64,000 nucleotides of DNA from Candidatus Poribacteria bacterium. GTDB taxonomy: Bacteria > Poribacteria > WGA-4E > PCPOR2b. A program made the position numbers and the translations under genes. Shown piece after piece: positions 51,635 through 62,159 of the stretch (the stretch's first letter is position 1; every line of letters starts with the position of its first letter). The stretch is taken from the NCBI GenBank assembly GCA_965218095.1, contig OZ244587.1:3968001-4032000 (forward strand), read 5' to 3'. The notes under the pieces are model-generated. The model did not search any database, had not been told where the DNA came from, and was given only the letters and a program-made list of their open reading frames with translations.

Positions 51635-51747
51635 AGGACTTACGCAATTGAATAGGCGGATTAATCCCCAACCTTCTGTGCATCTTGCATCGGATTCAAG
51701 ATTCAGGATACCGTAATCAGGTTCTGCACATCGGCTGCGTAAGTCCT
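51635..51747. mobile_element. 113-bp MITE-like element with 12-bp TIRs
   Basis: AGGACTTACGCA...TGCGTAAGTCCT perfect inverted repeat. Confidence 0.7.
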
Positions 51748-51802
51748 AACTGAAAACGGTATAATACATGCTAGTTTTACGCATCACACATGAGGTTGAC
51801 CC

Positions 51803-52825
51803 TTGATCGCCTACATCCTCCAACGGCTACTTTCAATGGCACTCTCCCTCTTTGGTGTATCCCTGCTCGTTTTCTTCATGGTGCATCTGATCCCCGGCGA
51901 TGCAGCACTCACAATTTTGGGGGAACGCGCCACAGAGGAAGCGTTAGCAGAACTTCGCCGCCAAATGGGGTTAGATCAACCGCTGTATAAGCAGTACGGG
52001 GTGTTTCTGTGGGACTTGGCTCACTTAGATCTCGGGAGATCTTTTAAGACCAACGAGCGGGTCATTGATGAAATCCTGCGAAAATTTCCTGCAACGGTTG
52101 AACTGACGCTTGCAGCAATGAGTTTTTCGATCGTTTTCGGTATTGGCGCAGGAATTATCGCCGCCGTCAATCGTGGGAAGTTCTGGGATCACACGACGAT
52201 GTTCGGATCGCTGGCGGGAATTTCGATGCCGATTTTCTGGCTTGGCTTGATGCTTATCCTGCTGCTCGCCTACACTTTCCCGATTTTCCCAAGCTCACAA
52301 CGGCTGGACGCCGTGTTAGATCTCGACATCCAGCACCGCACGTACTTTTACTTGATTGACACCCTTTTTGCTGGAAACCTCGCCGCGTTTCGAGATGCAA
52401 TTGCGCACCTGATTCTCCCTGCAGTGACGCTTGGCACCGTGCCATTGGCGATTATCGCCCGGATGACGCGCTCCAGTCTGCTTGAAGTCCTCAACCAGCA
52501 GTACATCATGACCGCACATGCGAAGGGGCTACCCAAACGAATCGTCATCCTCAAGCATGCCTTAAAAAATAGCATCATTCCAGTGTTGACGGTAATTGGT
52601 CTCGAATTTGGCTATCTGATGGGCGGGGCGATCTTAACGGAACATATCTTCTCCTGGCCCGGATTGGGGTCGTGGCTGCGGGCTGCTGTCGAAGCCCGTG
52701 ATATTCGTCCAATACAAGGCGGCGTTCTCTTTGTCGCTACGGTTTTCATGACGGTGAACTTGATTGTTGATCTGCTCTACGCATATTTTGATCCGCGTAT
52801 CCGGATCGGAGGAGAGACAACATGA
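51803..52825 (+). CDS. dppB: Dipeptide ABC transporter permease
   Basis: GLDQPL..QY, FPATVEL, SMPIFWLG, TRSSLLEVL..Y..TA.AKGL and FSWPGLG motifs. Confidence 0.9.
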   Translation: MIAYILQRLLSMALSLFGVSLLVFFMVHLIPGDAALTILGERATEEALAELRRQMGLDQPLYKQYGVFLWDLAHLDLGRSFKTNERVIDEILRKFPATVELTLAAMSFSIVFGIGAGIIAAVNRGKFWDHTTMFGSLAGISMPIFWLGLMLILLLAYTFPIFPSSQRLDAVLDLDIQHRTYFYLIDTLFAGNLAAFRDAIAHLILPAVTLGTVPLAIIARMTRSSLLEVLNQQYIMTAHAKGLPKRIVILKHALKNSIIPVLTVIGLEFGYLMGGAILTEHIFSWPGLGSWLRAAVEARDIRPIQGGVLFVATVFMTVNLIVDLLYAYFDPRIRIGGETT

Positions 52826-53664
52826 GGGAGCATCGCCGTCAATTTTACCGAGAGCTGCTGCGCCAGAAATCGGCGGTGATTGGCGCATCGATCTTGACCT
52901 TCTTCATCGTCGCCGCAATCTTTGCCCCGCTGATTGCAACGCACGACCCTCGCGACGCAGATATCATGGCACGACTCAAAGGGTGGTCTCAGGAACATTA
53001 CTTCGGGACCGATAAGGTCGGGAGGGATATTTTTAGCCGCATTGTCTACGGCTCACGGATCTCGATCAAAATCGGGTTGGTTGCGATGACGTTTTCGATC
53101 TCGATTGGCACATTGTTGGGCGTCATCGCTGGCTATTACGGAGGTTGGCTCGACAACGTCATCATGCGGGTGATGGATATGATGCTTGCCATGCCAAGTA
53201 TCCTGCTGGCGATGGTCATTGTCACTATCTTGGGCCAGAGCCTGACAAATGCGATTGTTGCCGTTTCGATTGTTTACATTCCACAATATGCTCGAATCTT
53301 GCGGGCCTCCGTCCTCATCATCCGCGAGCAGGATTATGTGACTGCCGCACGAGCCATCGGGACAAGGGACTTTCGCATTCTGACCCGGGCGGTTTTGCCC
53401 AACTGCCTTGCGCCCCTGATTGTGCAGGCGACGCTCGGCATGGGAGCGGCCATTCTTGATGCGGCCGGTCTCAGCTTTCTTGGGCTCGGTGCCGAAATTG
53501 GTGAACCGGAGTGGGGTGCGATGCTCAACGAAAATCGGGCGTTGATCCGTCGTGCACCGTGGGCCGTCATGACACCGGGCATTGCGATTTTCCTGATTGT
53601 GTTGGGATTTAATCTGCTGGGGGATGCGTTGCGGGATGTCTTAGATCCGCAGGTGCAGACGTGA
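52822..53664 (+). CDS. dppC: Dipeptide ABC transporter permease
   Basis: FGTDKVGRDIFSR, AGLSFLGLG, PEWG and FNLLGDALRD motifs. Confidence 0.9.
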   Translation: MREHRRQFYRELLRQKSAVIGASILTFFIVAAIFAPLIATHDPRDADIMARLKGWSQEHYFGTDKVGRDIFSRIVYGSRISIKIGLVAMTFSISIGTLLGVIAGYYGGWLDNVIMRVMDMMLAMPSILLAMVIVTILGQSLTNAIVAVSIVYIPQYARILRASVLIIREQDYVTAARAIGTRDFRILTRAVLPNCLAPLIVQATLGMGAAILDAAGLSFLGLGAEIGEPEWGAMLNENRALIRRAPWAVMTPGIAIFLIVLGFNLLGDALRDVLDPQVQT

Positions 53665-53799
53665 TGCGTAATGCAAATTTGCGTTCGATAATACAACATT
53701 GTCGTTCAGCGATCTGTCGCTGTTTTTCCGCGCTATGAATGTCGTAACGACATTAGAAATTCCCCATGCGTAAGCCTCCCGTTTCCTCATTTCCCTGTC

Positions 53800-55146
53800 C
53801 TATTTACTCATTTCGACCCAATTCTGCGGCGACAGCGGCGTCCCTAAAAGTGGGGCATTCACAATGATTCGCGCATCTCCTCCAAGCTCGCCAAAGGCTT
53901 TTTGAAGGACGTCATCGAAGGAACACGTCGCATAAGCGAAGCCGTAGGAGTAAGCCTGCACCTCGCTCATTTCAGTCACGATGAACGTCCGTCCGCGTTC
54001 AATAGCACGACGATGGCTCCATGCCATGCACGTACTGCGCGGCTCTCCTTCACGACGGCGAGACGGCTCAACGGAAGCTGCATCAGCCGAAAGCGGGCGA
54101 GCAGATCGAGTTCCCCTGCATTCCCACCAGCGTTGAATGTCCCTGTATTTTCCATCCAGGCGTCGGTCGAATCAATCGTTTGTTGGAGCACACGTTCCTC
54201 CGACCAATCCGAAACGTCGGGTTGCTCGTGGGCTGAACAGACGAGGATGACGATTCCGTTTTCACGAATCACCTGTTCGGCAGTTTCAATTTTCATATAG
54301 AGACAGCCAAGATTCGGGCTAGCGCCAACCCCCATAATATAGATGTCCGCCGGTTCGACCGGCGTCATGGTATGCTCCTGGCAATATTTCACAGCGGTTG
54401 GCCATTCGGCGCGGTGATACCCGGCAAAAACAGTGTTAGCTGTAAAATCAATCTTCATGTTGAACCCCCCGAGATCGCCGGCATCCTGGATGTCCTCCCG
54501 TTGCGGGTTGCCAGGCCCCCAGCCGCTAATCGGACGATCCATCAGGATGTAAGTATGGTTATGCCAGATGGTGTCACGCCCGGACGCGCCCGGCAGAATG
54601 ATGCCTGCTCCGCCGTGCCAACCAAAAAGCGAGGGAGCGCATCCACCCACGCCAAATACATAATCCGCCTCGGCGACAACTTTGTTGACCCACACCGGCG
54701 TCCCTATACGCGTTGTCCCAAGGAACGCCAAATCTTCCGATTTATAAGGATGGTGTTCCACATAGCGCACACGGTGAAGCCATCCTTCGCCCAGTTTCTG
54801 CTCCGCCTTGGCGTGACCGTGCATACCTGCCGCGTGGAGGATGGTAACTTGTTCATCGGGCACGCCGCCGGCATTGAGCTGATCAAGGAGGTAGGGGCCC
54901 GATGTTGTGCGGCGGTCCCATAAGACTGTCCATGGTGCCCGTGATCAGAAACGACACACGATCCGAGGATTTGACAGCATCCTTGATCGGCGGACAGCCA
55001 ATCGGCTTTTCGAGGGCACGCTTGACGAGATCGATGGGGGCACCCAAGTCAGGCAGATCTGGAGGGGTGACAACTGTCTCAATGTTCTCGCCGGGAACGT
55101 TGAGGGACATATGCCCGTCTACCCAGGGAATTTGAAAGGTCGCCAT
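53800..55146 (-). pseudogene. Lactate racemase (LarA / DUF2088) family, frameshifted
   Basis: ALEKPIG, AAGMH, GTT..GTPVWVNK and GG...ILPG.SG..TI..NH motifs; three frames. Confidence 0.75.
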
Positions 55147-55349
55147 GATGGAACCCCCCCTTGATCGGGACATGAAGTGCGAAACATGATGAGTGAGACG
55201 TAAAACACGATTTGTGAATGTAAGTTCAAAAGTTCAGAGATTCAGGAGTCCGATGTAATGCACTGTCAATGAATTCCTGAACTCTTGATACCCATGTACC
55301 CATGAATTCTCATTTTCCCTTTCCTAGCTCGCACTGACTTGCTGACACT

Positions 55350-56033
55350 TTATCGCGGCGTTATGCGTTCCCACGTCCCATCATCCAACTGCCGGTAATG
55401 GGTGTGGCTGGGGACGCGGTTTGGCGTTACCGTCAGCCACATGACCAGCGGCTCGTCGAAAGACTTGATTTTGTGCTTGTGCTCGGCGGGCGTGACAACG
55501 ACATCTCCCGGCCCAACGCGGAAAACCTCGCCCTCCTCGGTGACGTCGCCTGTGCCACTGAGGAACAGGAATACCTCGTCTGCTCCGTCGTGACTGTGAT
55601 AGTCGCACTCGATGTTCGGCTGAAATGTCAACATCCCGCCGCGAATCTTTTTCGAATCTGGAAAACGTTCTCCGTCCTTCGTGCCTAGCATAACTACCGG
55701 CGCCTGTTCAGTGGGGGCGGGCAACTTCCGCATTTCAGGGGTTTCGCTTGGGGCAAGCGTCCAGACCACTTTGAGTGGCTGCGTTCCGACGTTCTTCAGG
55801 GAGTACGACGTGCCTGCCGGAATGTAGGCTTGCATTGGCGCGGTGAATCGTTCAACCTGTTCCGCCCCCGGCGCGACGATTTCGCATTCGCCGGACATGA
55901 ACAGGTAGACTTCATCGGAGGCGGGATGGTTATGCAGTGCCCATCCGCCATCTGGGGCCAACTCCGTTATGCCGTACTTGACCGTCGGTGTGTGGACGAT
56001 GACCGTGCCGGGTTCTGGTCTTAGAAAGTGCAT
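55350..56033 (-). CDS. Bicupin protein
   Basis: HNHPASDEVY and HSHDGADEVF...PGD...PAEHKH motifs. Confidence 0.85.
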   Translation of the reverse strand: MHFLRPEPGTVIVHTPTVKYGITELAPDGGWALHNHPASDEVYLFMSGECEIVAPGAEQVERFTAPMQAYIPAGTSYSLKNVGTQPLKVVWTLAPSETPEMRKLPAPTEQAPVVMLGTKDGERFPDSKKIRGGMLTFQPNIECDYHSHDGADEVFLFLSGTGDVTEEGEVFRVGPGDVVVTPAEHKHKIKSFDEPLVMWLTVTPNRVPSHTHYRQLDDGTWERITPR

Positions 56034-56365
56034 GGGTTACTTCTTGTCGTTCTGATGTGCTTTTTGGCTTCGTGATGATGTTTTCCCCAACCCTTTATTG
56101 AGTGTCAACGAGAAGATTATCTAAAAACTTATAGCGAGTAAAACGTGCTCTTCTCCCGTCATCATCAATGAAGTGAAGGATCTCTTGCACCTTAACAAGG
56201 AGATTTTTCGCTGCGCTCTATTAGACTTCCAAGAAACTATCCGCAATGAGTTCTAAGGGAAGTACAGAGGTAGTATTTCTAATCGATCTTCTTCCAAAAG
56301 TGAATGGGTAGATCGCGTTAAGCCCGCTTCACGAGTAGAAATTCATGAATTCGCAATTTGTGCTA

Positions 56366-57188
56366 GGTTCTGTTGACATTTGAGTATAAGGTTGTGGCAT
56401 AATAGAAGAATGATGCCAATAACTTTACCCGATGACCCATGGAAAAAGATATACAGATTTCTTCTAAGTTGCCCCAACATCTATGTTGGCAACGAAGCGA
56501 CAACGCGCCGCTTTGTCGAAGCAGTTCTGTGGGTGACTCGTAGCGGCGCTCAATGGCAGCTTCTGCCAGACACCTACGGTAAATGGAACACCCGCTACAA
56601 GCGGTTTGCTCGATGGTGCGACAAAGATGTTTTGACACAGATGCACCACCACTTCGCCTCTGCGAGTCGATTATTATTGACAGTACCATCTGCTGCGCTC
56701 ACCCGTGTGCGGCGGGCGCCTTAAAAACTGGCGCCTTAAAAAAAGGGTGGGACTGAAAGCCAAGCATTAGGTCGCTCTCAAGGTGGCTTCAGTACAAAAA
56801 ATCACATCGCAGTTGATGGACTGGGCAATCCCCTAAGAATTCATCTGACCCCCGGTCAGAGACACGACATAGTTGAGGCGGAAGGGTTGATAATCGGATA
56901 TAACAGCGAGATGTAATTGGAGACAAGAGATACGATTCGGACGCTTTTATCACGGTTATCAAGGCGAATGGAGCGATTGCGGTGATACCGCCAAAAAGTC
57001 ATCGTGTTGACCAAAGAACGTACGACAAACATTTATACAAAGAGAGACATCGGGTTGAATGTTTCATCAACAAGATAAAATGGTATCGTCGCATCTTCTC
57101 TCGGTTCGAGAAGTTAGCTGTCCGTTATTTTGGATTTCTCAGCTTTGTCTCCACTCTTATATGGCTCCCTTGAAATGTCAATAGAACC
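56366..57188 (+). mobile_element. IS5-family element, degenerate sibling of 38594-39429
   Basis: Same TIRs (one mismatch on the right), TA duplication in CTAG, transposase broken by deletions. Confidence 0.9.
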
Positions 57189-57318
57189 TAGTACGCTGCT
57201 TATTGGTCAAGGTGAGTATAAAGTTAGAGAGGTCGGGCAGGATTATGTGATGACTGGATACCCACAGCCTGATGAGGACGGTGTGCTTTATTCTCCTCTT
57301 AATCGTGCGGTTCTTCTT

Positions 57319-57501
57319 TTAAACACTGGCTTCATCACGTACAGGCTCAAAGAGGACGCTGCAACTGCTGCAACGATACCCATTTTCTGAATTCGACTCA
57401 TCAATGAGAAACAGCATGCCACAACAGATCGGACACGGTTCCTCCATCTCCATCTCCACCTGTTCAATGAGTCCGGTTCTATCTTCAAACTCAACAAGCA
57501 T
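57319..57501 (-). CDS. Small CxxC...CxxC zinc-ribbon-like protein
   Basis: CPICC...CSSC; RBS AAAGGA; directly downstream of the rhodanese gene. Confidence 0.55.
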   Translation of the reverse strand: MLVEFEDRTGLIEQVEMEMEEPCPICCGMLFLIDESNSENGYRCSSCSVLFEPVRDEASV

Positions 57502-57520
57502 TTGTATCCTTTCTAACAAA

Positions 57521-57892
57521 TCAATAGCGATTTAGCGTGGGATCAATTTCAACCGCCCACTGATCAATTCCGCCGGCTAAACTTTTGACATTCTGAAAAC
57601 CGTTCTGGTACAGGTAGTACGCCGCCTGCATACTTCGCATGCCGTGATGACAATGGAGGACAATTTCGCGGTTTGGATCGAGCTGATCCATCTGTTGGGG
57701 TAGGTCGTTAATTGGGATGAGAGTGGCTTCCTCAAGATGAACAATCTGATGTTCATCCGGCTCCCTGACATCAATGAGTTGAATTGATTCACCTTGATCG
57801 AGTTTTCGCTTGAGTTCACGAACCGAAATTTCGTGTTTCTCTGGCTGAAAAGGTGGAGGCACATCGGAGGGAGAGGCGTCTGCTATTTTCAA
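57521..57892 (-). CDS. Rhodanese-like sulfurtransferase
   Basis: LIDVREPDE, CHHGMRS and LAGGIDQW..EIDP motifs. Confidence 0.9.
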   Translation of the reverse strand: MKIADASPSDVPPPFQPEKHEISVRELKRKLDQGESIQLIDVREPDEHQIVHLEEATLIPINDLPQQMDQLDPNREIVLHCHHGMRSMQAAYYLYQNGFQNVKSLAGGIDQWAVEIDPTLNRY

Positions 57893-57912
57893 TTTTTATA
57901 CCTCAGTTTCGA

Positions 57913-58260
57913 TTAAGTACACTGCGGACAGGGACAGATTTCCCTGAGTGTTTCAAAAGAGTAGATGCCGGTCGAATGGCCATCATTCCAGGTAAACTGG
58001 ATGGCATAGCGGCCCACAAGTTCAATGTTAATTGCTTGCATATCTTCTGGAACTAAGATCTGGTCCGGATTGCCCAGTCCTTCTGGCCCAAATAGGGAGT
58101 GAACATCCTGCCCCCTGTGCCTTGTCGTTGAACACTCCGCACATGGACATAGTCGCCTGAGATATGGATAGGTATATTCACTCTCATGCCCATCTTTCCA
58201 GACGATTTGCAGCCCGTCGTTCCCCAACCTTTTGATCGTTTTCGGCTGTTGCTGTTTCAT
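57913..58260 (-). CDS. DUF971 (gamma-butyrobetaine hydroxylase-like N-terminal) domain protein
   Basis: W.DGHES.Y...LRRLCPCAEC and VGRYAI...W.DGH.TGIYS motifs. Confidence 0.88.
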   Translation of the reverse strand: MKQQQPKTIKRLGNDGLQIVWKDGHESEYTYPYLRRLCPCAECSTTRHRGQDVHSLFGPEGLGNPDQILVPEDMQAINIELVGRYAIQFTWNDGHSTGIYSFETLREICPCPQCT

Positions 58261-58455
58261 AAAAAAGATAGGACTTGCGCGCTTCAGTTCTAAAAGTAGA
58301 TAGGGACGCAGATTTCGCTGATTGTCGCAGATAAAATAGAAAGACCCAAGGGATTTGCGTTCCCCTAATAGGATCTCGTTTCAAAGCAACCTTTTAATCG
58401 TCGTTGTTGGGTTTACCCTCCAACAGTTTAACCCGCCGTGGTCCATACAAGCCTT

Positions 58456-59367
58456 TTAACGTATCAAAACCCAAGTAGGTGAACCATCAGATGCTGGATT
58501 GTTAGTAATATTAACTTCGTCTGTGCCGTCGGCGTTTATGACGTAGATCTCAGAGTTGTCTACAGGATTTGACCCAAAGGCAATTTTTTTCCCATCCGGA
58601 GACCAAGCAGGATTCCAGGCCTCACCCCGTCCAGCCTTGGTAATATTGATGACATTTGTGCCGTCGGCGTTCATCACGTAGATATCAAATGACCCAAAGG
58701 CAATTTTTTTCCCATCCGGAGACCAAGCAGGATCCCAATCCGACTTCCAATCATCAGAGGTAATGTTGACGACATTTGTGCCGTCGGCGTTCATCACGTA
58801 GATATCATCATGGTCTGACCCAAAGACAATTTTTTTCCCATCCGGAGACCAAGCAGGGCTAGAGTTGTAAGCGTCATCGTTGGTAATGTTGACGATATTT
58901 GTACCGTCGGCGTTCATCACGTAGATATCATTGTCCTCCGGAGGGGGACCGGCACGGTCTGAATCAAAGGCAATTTTTTTCCCATCCGGCGACCAATCAG
59001 GGTTATTGTCCGAAGCGTCACGGTTGGTAATGTTGACGACATTTGTGCCATCGGCGTTCATCACGTAGATATCATCGTTACCTTCACGGTTGGACACAAA
59101 GGCAATCTTTTTCCCATCCGGCGACCAAGCAGGGGCATAGACGTCAGCTTCATGATTGGTAATGTTGACAACATCTGTGCCGTCGGCGTTCATCACGTAG
59201 ATATCATCGTTACCTTCACGGTTGGACACAAAGGCAATCTTTAGTAGAGAAGACTCGCTGGTGACATCATTATTGTTGTTATCATCATCATCGTCATTAC
59301 CGCAACCCAACCAAATGACAGCACACAGAATCCCTATAATAGCTAGGGATGATTGAGAAAGTGTCAT
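58456..59367 (-). CDS. TolB-like beta-propeller (PD40 repeat) lipoprotein
   Basis: WLGC lipobox; six repeats of PAWSPDGKKIAF...DIYVMNADGT. Confidence 0.92.
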   Translation of the reverse strand: MTLSQSSLAIIGILCAVIWLGCGNDDDDDNNNNDVTSESSLLKIAFVSNREGNDDIYVMNADGTDVVNITNHEADVYAPAWSPDGKKIAFVSNREGNDDIYVMNADGTNVVNITNRDASDNNPDWSPDGKKIAFDSDRAGPPPEDNDIYVMNADGTNIVNITNDDAYNSSPAWSPDGKKIVFGSDHDDIYVMNADGTNVVNITSDDWKSDWDPAWSPDGKKIAFGSFDIYVMNADGTNVINITKAGRGEAWNPAWSPDGKKIAFGSNPVDNSEIYVINADGTDEVNITNNPASDGSPTWVLIR

Positions 59368-59408
59368 TTTTATTTCCCTTTCTTATAGTCTAGCACAAGT
59401 TGCTAGTT

Positions 59409-59567
59409 GGTTCTGTTGACATTTCGCTGTCGCGAATTCGGCAAACGCTGTAATCATCATGCAACCCGCCAAAAACCAAGACAGTTGTCCGAAATCGCCT
59501 CAAGGTGCATCAGGTCGAAGACTCTCGGAACGGAGATTGGTTCAATCCGTCAAATGTCAACAGAACC
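59409..59567. mobile_element. 159-bp MITE (copy 2)
   Basis: Same TIRs as copy 1; by eye it differs from copy 1 at two positions. Confidence 0.9.
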
Positions 59568-59673
59568 TAGTTGCTACCAAGTGTCAGCAATCAACGCAAT
59601 CGTCGGGAATCGGAATTCCCTCCTACAATCCCTACGGGAAAACAGATGGATTTTCAATAACTAGCGACTTGCG

Positions 59674-59973
59674 TTAAAAGATACCCAATTCGTCCTTAGC
59701 CTCTTCGCTCATCATCTCTGGGGTCCAACGCGGCGTCCAAACGACATTGATGTTCACTTCGTCAACTCCCTCAAGCTGCTGCGTTACAGCTTGTGTCCCG
59801 TTGACAAGTTGCCCGCCGGCGGGACACCCTGGACTGGTCAGGGTCATCGTGATGTCAACAGTCTCATCCTGAATATCAACACCGTAAATCAATCCCATAT
59901 CGACGATGTTAATGCCAACCTCTGGATCGATAATTTCTTTTATCGCGTCAAACACAACCTCTTCCGTTACCAT
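59674..59973 (-). CDS. DUF59 / SufT-like Fe-S assembly protein
   Basis: DPEVGINIVDMGLIY, MTLTSPGCP and WTP.MM motifs. Confidence 0.92.
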   Translation of the reverse strand: MVTEEVVFDAIKEIIDPEVGINIVDMGLIYGVDIQDETVDITMTLTSPGCPAGGQLVNGTQAVTQQLEGVDEVNINVVWTPRWTPEMMSEEAKDELGIF

Positions 59974-59985
59974 TGCAGGCCTCCG

Positions 59986-60300
59986 TTAATAATCCACACT
60001 CACAAGAATATCATCACCCTCGATTTTGACTTCATAACACTCGACCGGCTCAACCGCCGGCATGCAAAGCACCCTACCGGTACGTACATCGAAACGGGCG
60101 CCGTGTCGGGGACATTCAATCTGGTCGCCTTCTAATTCACCTTCAGCGAGGGGGCCTCCATCGTGGGTGCACACATCCTCGATGGCATAAAATTCACCAT
60201 TGACGTTGAAAAGCGCGACGGGTATGTCGTCCACTTCAACTAGCTTTTTCCCTCCCGGCGGCAACTCGCTCGCTTTAGCAACCTTGAAAAACTCACCCAT
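59986..60300 (-). CDS. Rieske-type ferredoxin
   Basis: CTH...CPRH Rieske motif. Confidence 0.92.
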   Translation of the reverse strand: MGEFFKVAKASELPPGGKKLVEVDDIPVALFNVNGEFYAIEDVCTHDGGPLAEGELEGDQIECPRHGARFDVRTGRVLCMPAVEPVECYEVKIEGDDILVSVDY

Positions 60301-60699
60301 TCAGTCGGTCTCCTCGTCTTCTTCTCCGGGCCATCCCTTGAGCCCATAAGTCCCCGCTTTTAGCACTTTCAAAGCTAACAATCCACATTTCAGGCGCACA
60401 GGACCTAAGGGAATTCCAAGCAGCTCTAGAATATCATCTTTACTGAGTTTTTTGACTTCATCTAAATGTTTTCCTATAATCTCTTCCGTTAGCATGGAAG
60501 CAGCCGCCTGGCTAATTGTACAGCCGTGTCCAGAGAATCGAACGTCTGTTATGATTCCGTCCTCGACCTTGAGATCCATCCGAATTTGATCACCGCACAA
60601 GGGATTGTCTTCTTCGTAAGAGATGTCGGGATTCTCAAGGGTCCCATAATTACTTGGATTTTCGTAATGATCAAGAATATCTTCTTCGTAGATGTTCAT
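60301..60699 (-). CDS. sufU: SUF system NifU-family protein
   Basis: ILDHYENP, NPLCGD, GCTISQAAAS and RLKC motifs. Confidence 0.9.
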   Translation of the reverse strand: MNIYEEDILDHYENPSNYGTLENPDISYEEDNPLCGDQIRMDLKVEDGIITDVRFSGHGCTISQAAASMLTEEIIGKHLDEVKKLSKDDILELLGIPLGPVRLKCGLLALKVLKAGTYGLKGWPGEEDEETD

Positions 60700-62000
60700 C
60701 GTCGCCGTCTCCGGGTCAAAATCCGCTGGGCTTTCAGAAGTCCCTCATAAAGGTTATCGATTTCTTCAAGTTTATTGTAAAGGTAGAAACTTACACGGAC
60801 TGTAGCGATAACACCAAATTTCTGCATGAGTGGCTGCGCACAGTGATGCCCCGCTCGAACCGCAACCCCAACCGTATCTAAGACACCAGCCAAGTCATGA
60901 GGGTGAATGCTCTCCAAATTAAATGTGATAGCCCCTGTTTTTTGCCGTGGTTTCGGTCCATAGATGGTAATGCCCTCAATTTCACTCAGTGTTTGGTGAG
61001 CGTATTCAAGCAATTCGTGCTCGTGGGCATGAATCGCATCGCGTCCAATCTTGTTAAGATAGTCTACGGCAGCCCCGAGTCCAACTGCTTCAGCAATGGC
61101 TGGCGTTCCTGCTTCAAATTTGGCAGGCAGATCAGCGTAAGTCGAACGTTCGCGCTGTACAGAACGGATCATCGAACCACCACCCAAAAATGGCGGCATC
61201 TCCTCCAAGAGATCTAACTTACCGTAAAGCACACCGATACCGGTGGGACCGCACATTTTATGTCCTGAGAACGCGAGGAAATCGCAATCGAGCGCCTGCA
61301 CGTCCACCGGAAAATGCGGCACACTCTGTGCGCTATCAATGAGGACCTTAGCGCCCACTGCGCGAGCGGCGGCTGTAATCTCCCGAACCGGATTGATCGT
61401 GCCGAGGACGTTGGAAACGTGCGTGATGGCAACCAGCCTGGTGCGCTCTGTCAGCAACCCATCCAAGTCATCAAGTTGCAGCAACCCTTCATCGGTTACC
61501 TCAATAAACCGCAACTTTGCACCGGTTCGCTGGGTTAACAACTGCCACGGCAAAAGGTTGCTGTGATGTTCCATCACCGTGACAAGAATTTCATCGCCCT
61601 CTCGGACGTTGGCGCTCCCCCAGCTATACGCGACCAAGTTAATCGATTCGGTGGTGTTCCGCGTAAAGATGACCTGGCTTGAATGACGGGCGTTGATGAA
61701 ACGCGCAATCTTCTGTCGCGCCTCCTCGTACCTAGCAGTCGCTTCCTCAGAAATACGGTAGATGCCCCGATGTATATTTGAATTATAAGTGCGATAGTAC
61801 CCATTCATCGCATCGATTACGCAATTGGGTGTCTGAGAAGTCGCGGCGCTGTCCAGATAGATCAAGGGCAGATCGCTTTCCGGTTTTAGAATGGAAAAGT
61901 CGTTTCGGATAGCTTCGACATCAAATGTGCGAAGCGCAAGCGCATCATTCATAGGTTGAGCGTGCATGGGGGGATCCAGTGAAATAACAGGAGGATTCAC
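60696..62000 (-). CDS. sufS: Cysteine desulfurase SufS
   Basis: YLDSAAT, EHHSN, SGHKMCGPTGIG and RAGHHCAQP motifs; exact start uncertain. Confidence 0.95.
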   Translation of the reverse strand: MNPPVISLDPPMHAQPMNDALALRTFDVEAIRNDFSILKPESDLPLIYLDSAATSQTPNCVIDAMNGYYRTYNSNIHRGIYRISEEATARYEEARQKIARFINARHSSQVIFTRNTTESINLVAYSWGSANVREGDEILVTVMEHHSNLLPWQLLTQRTGAKLRFIEVTDEGLLQLDDLDGLLTERTRLVAITHVSNVLGTINPVREITAAARAVGAKVLIDSAQSVPHFPVDVQALDCDFLAFSGHKMCGPTGIGVLYGKLDLLEEMPPFLGGGSMIRSVQRERSTYADLPAKFEAGTPAIAEAVGLGAAVDYLNKIGRDAIHAHEHELLEYAHQTLSEIEGITIYGPKPRQKTGAITFNLESIHPHDLAGVLDTVGVAVRAGHHCAQPLMQKFGVIATVRVSFYLYNKLEEIDNLYEGLLKAQRILTRRRRR

Positions 62001-62084
62001 AATTCGGTTCGATTTTATGGATTAAGACGTAAAACGTAACAATCCCCGGCTTTACATTTTACGTCTTACGCATTGCTTGGGCAC

Positions 62085-62114
62085 CTCGTTCCCAAGTTGG
62101 AGCTTGGGAACGAG
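62085..62114. repeat. REP-like palindrome
   Basis: CTCGTTCCCAAG-TTGGAG-CTTGGGAACGAG. Confidence 0.65.
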
Positions 62115-62159
62115 ATGGGTTGCGCTATAACAGCCCTCTTCTTACGTTTTACGCATTAC

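Noticed and set aside
58456-59367. CRISPR array or diversity-generating retroelement
   Set aside because: The repeats are in-frame propeller blades. There are no cas or reverse transcriptase genes and no adenine-specific variation was seen.
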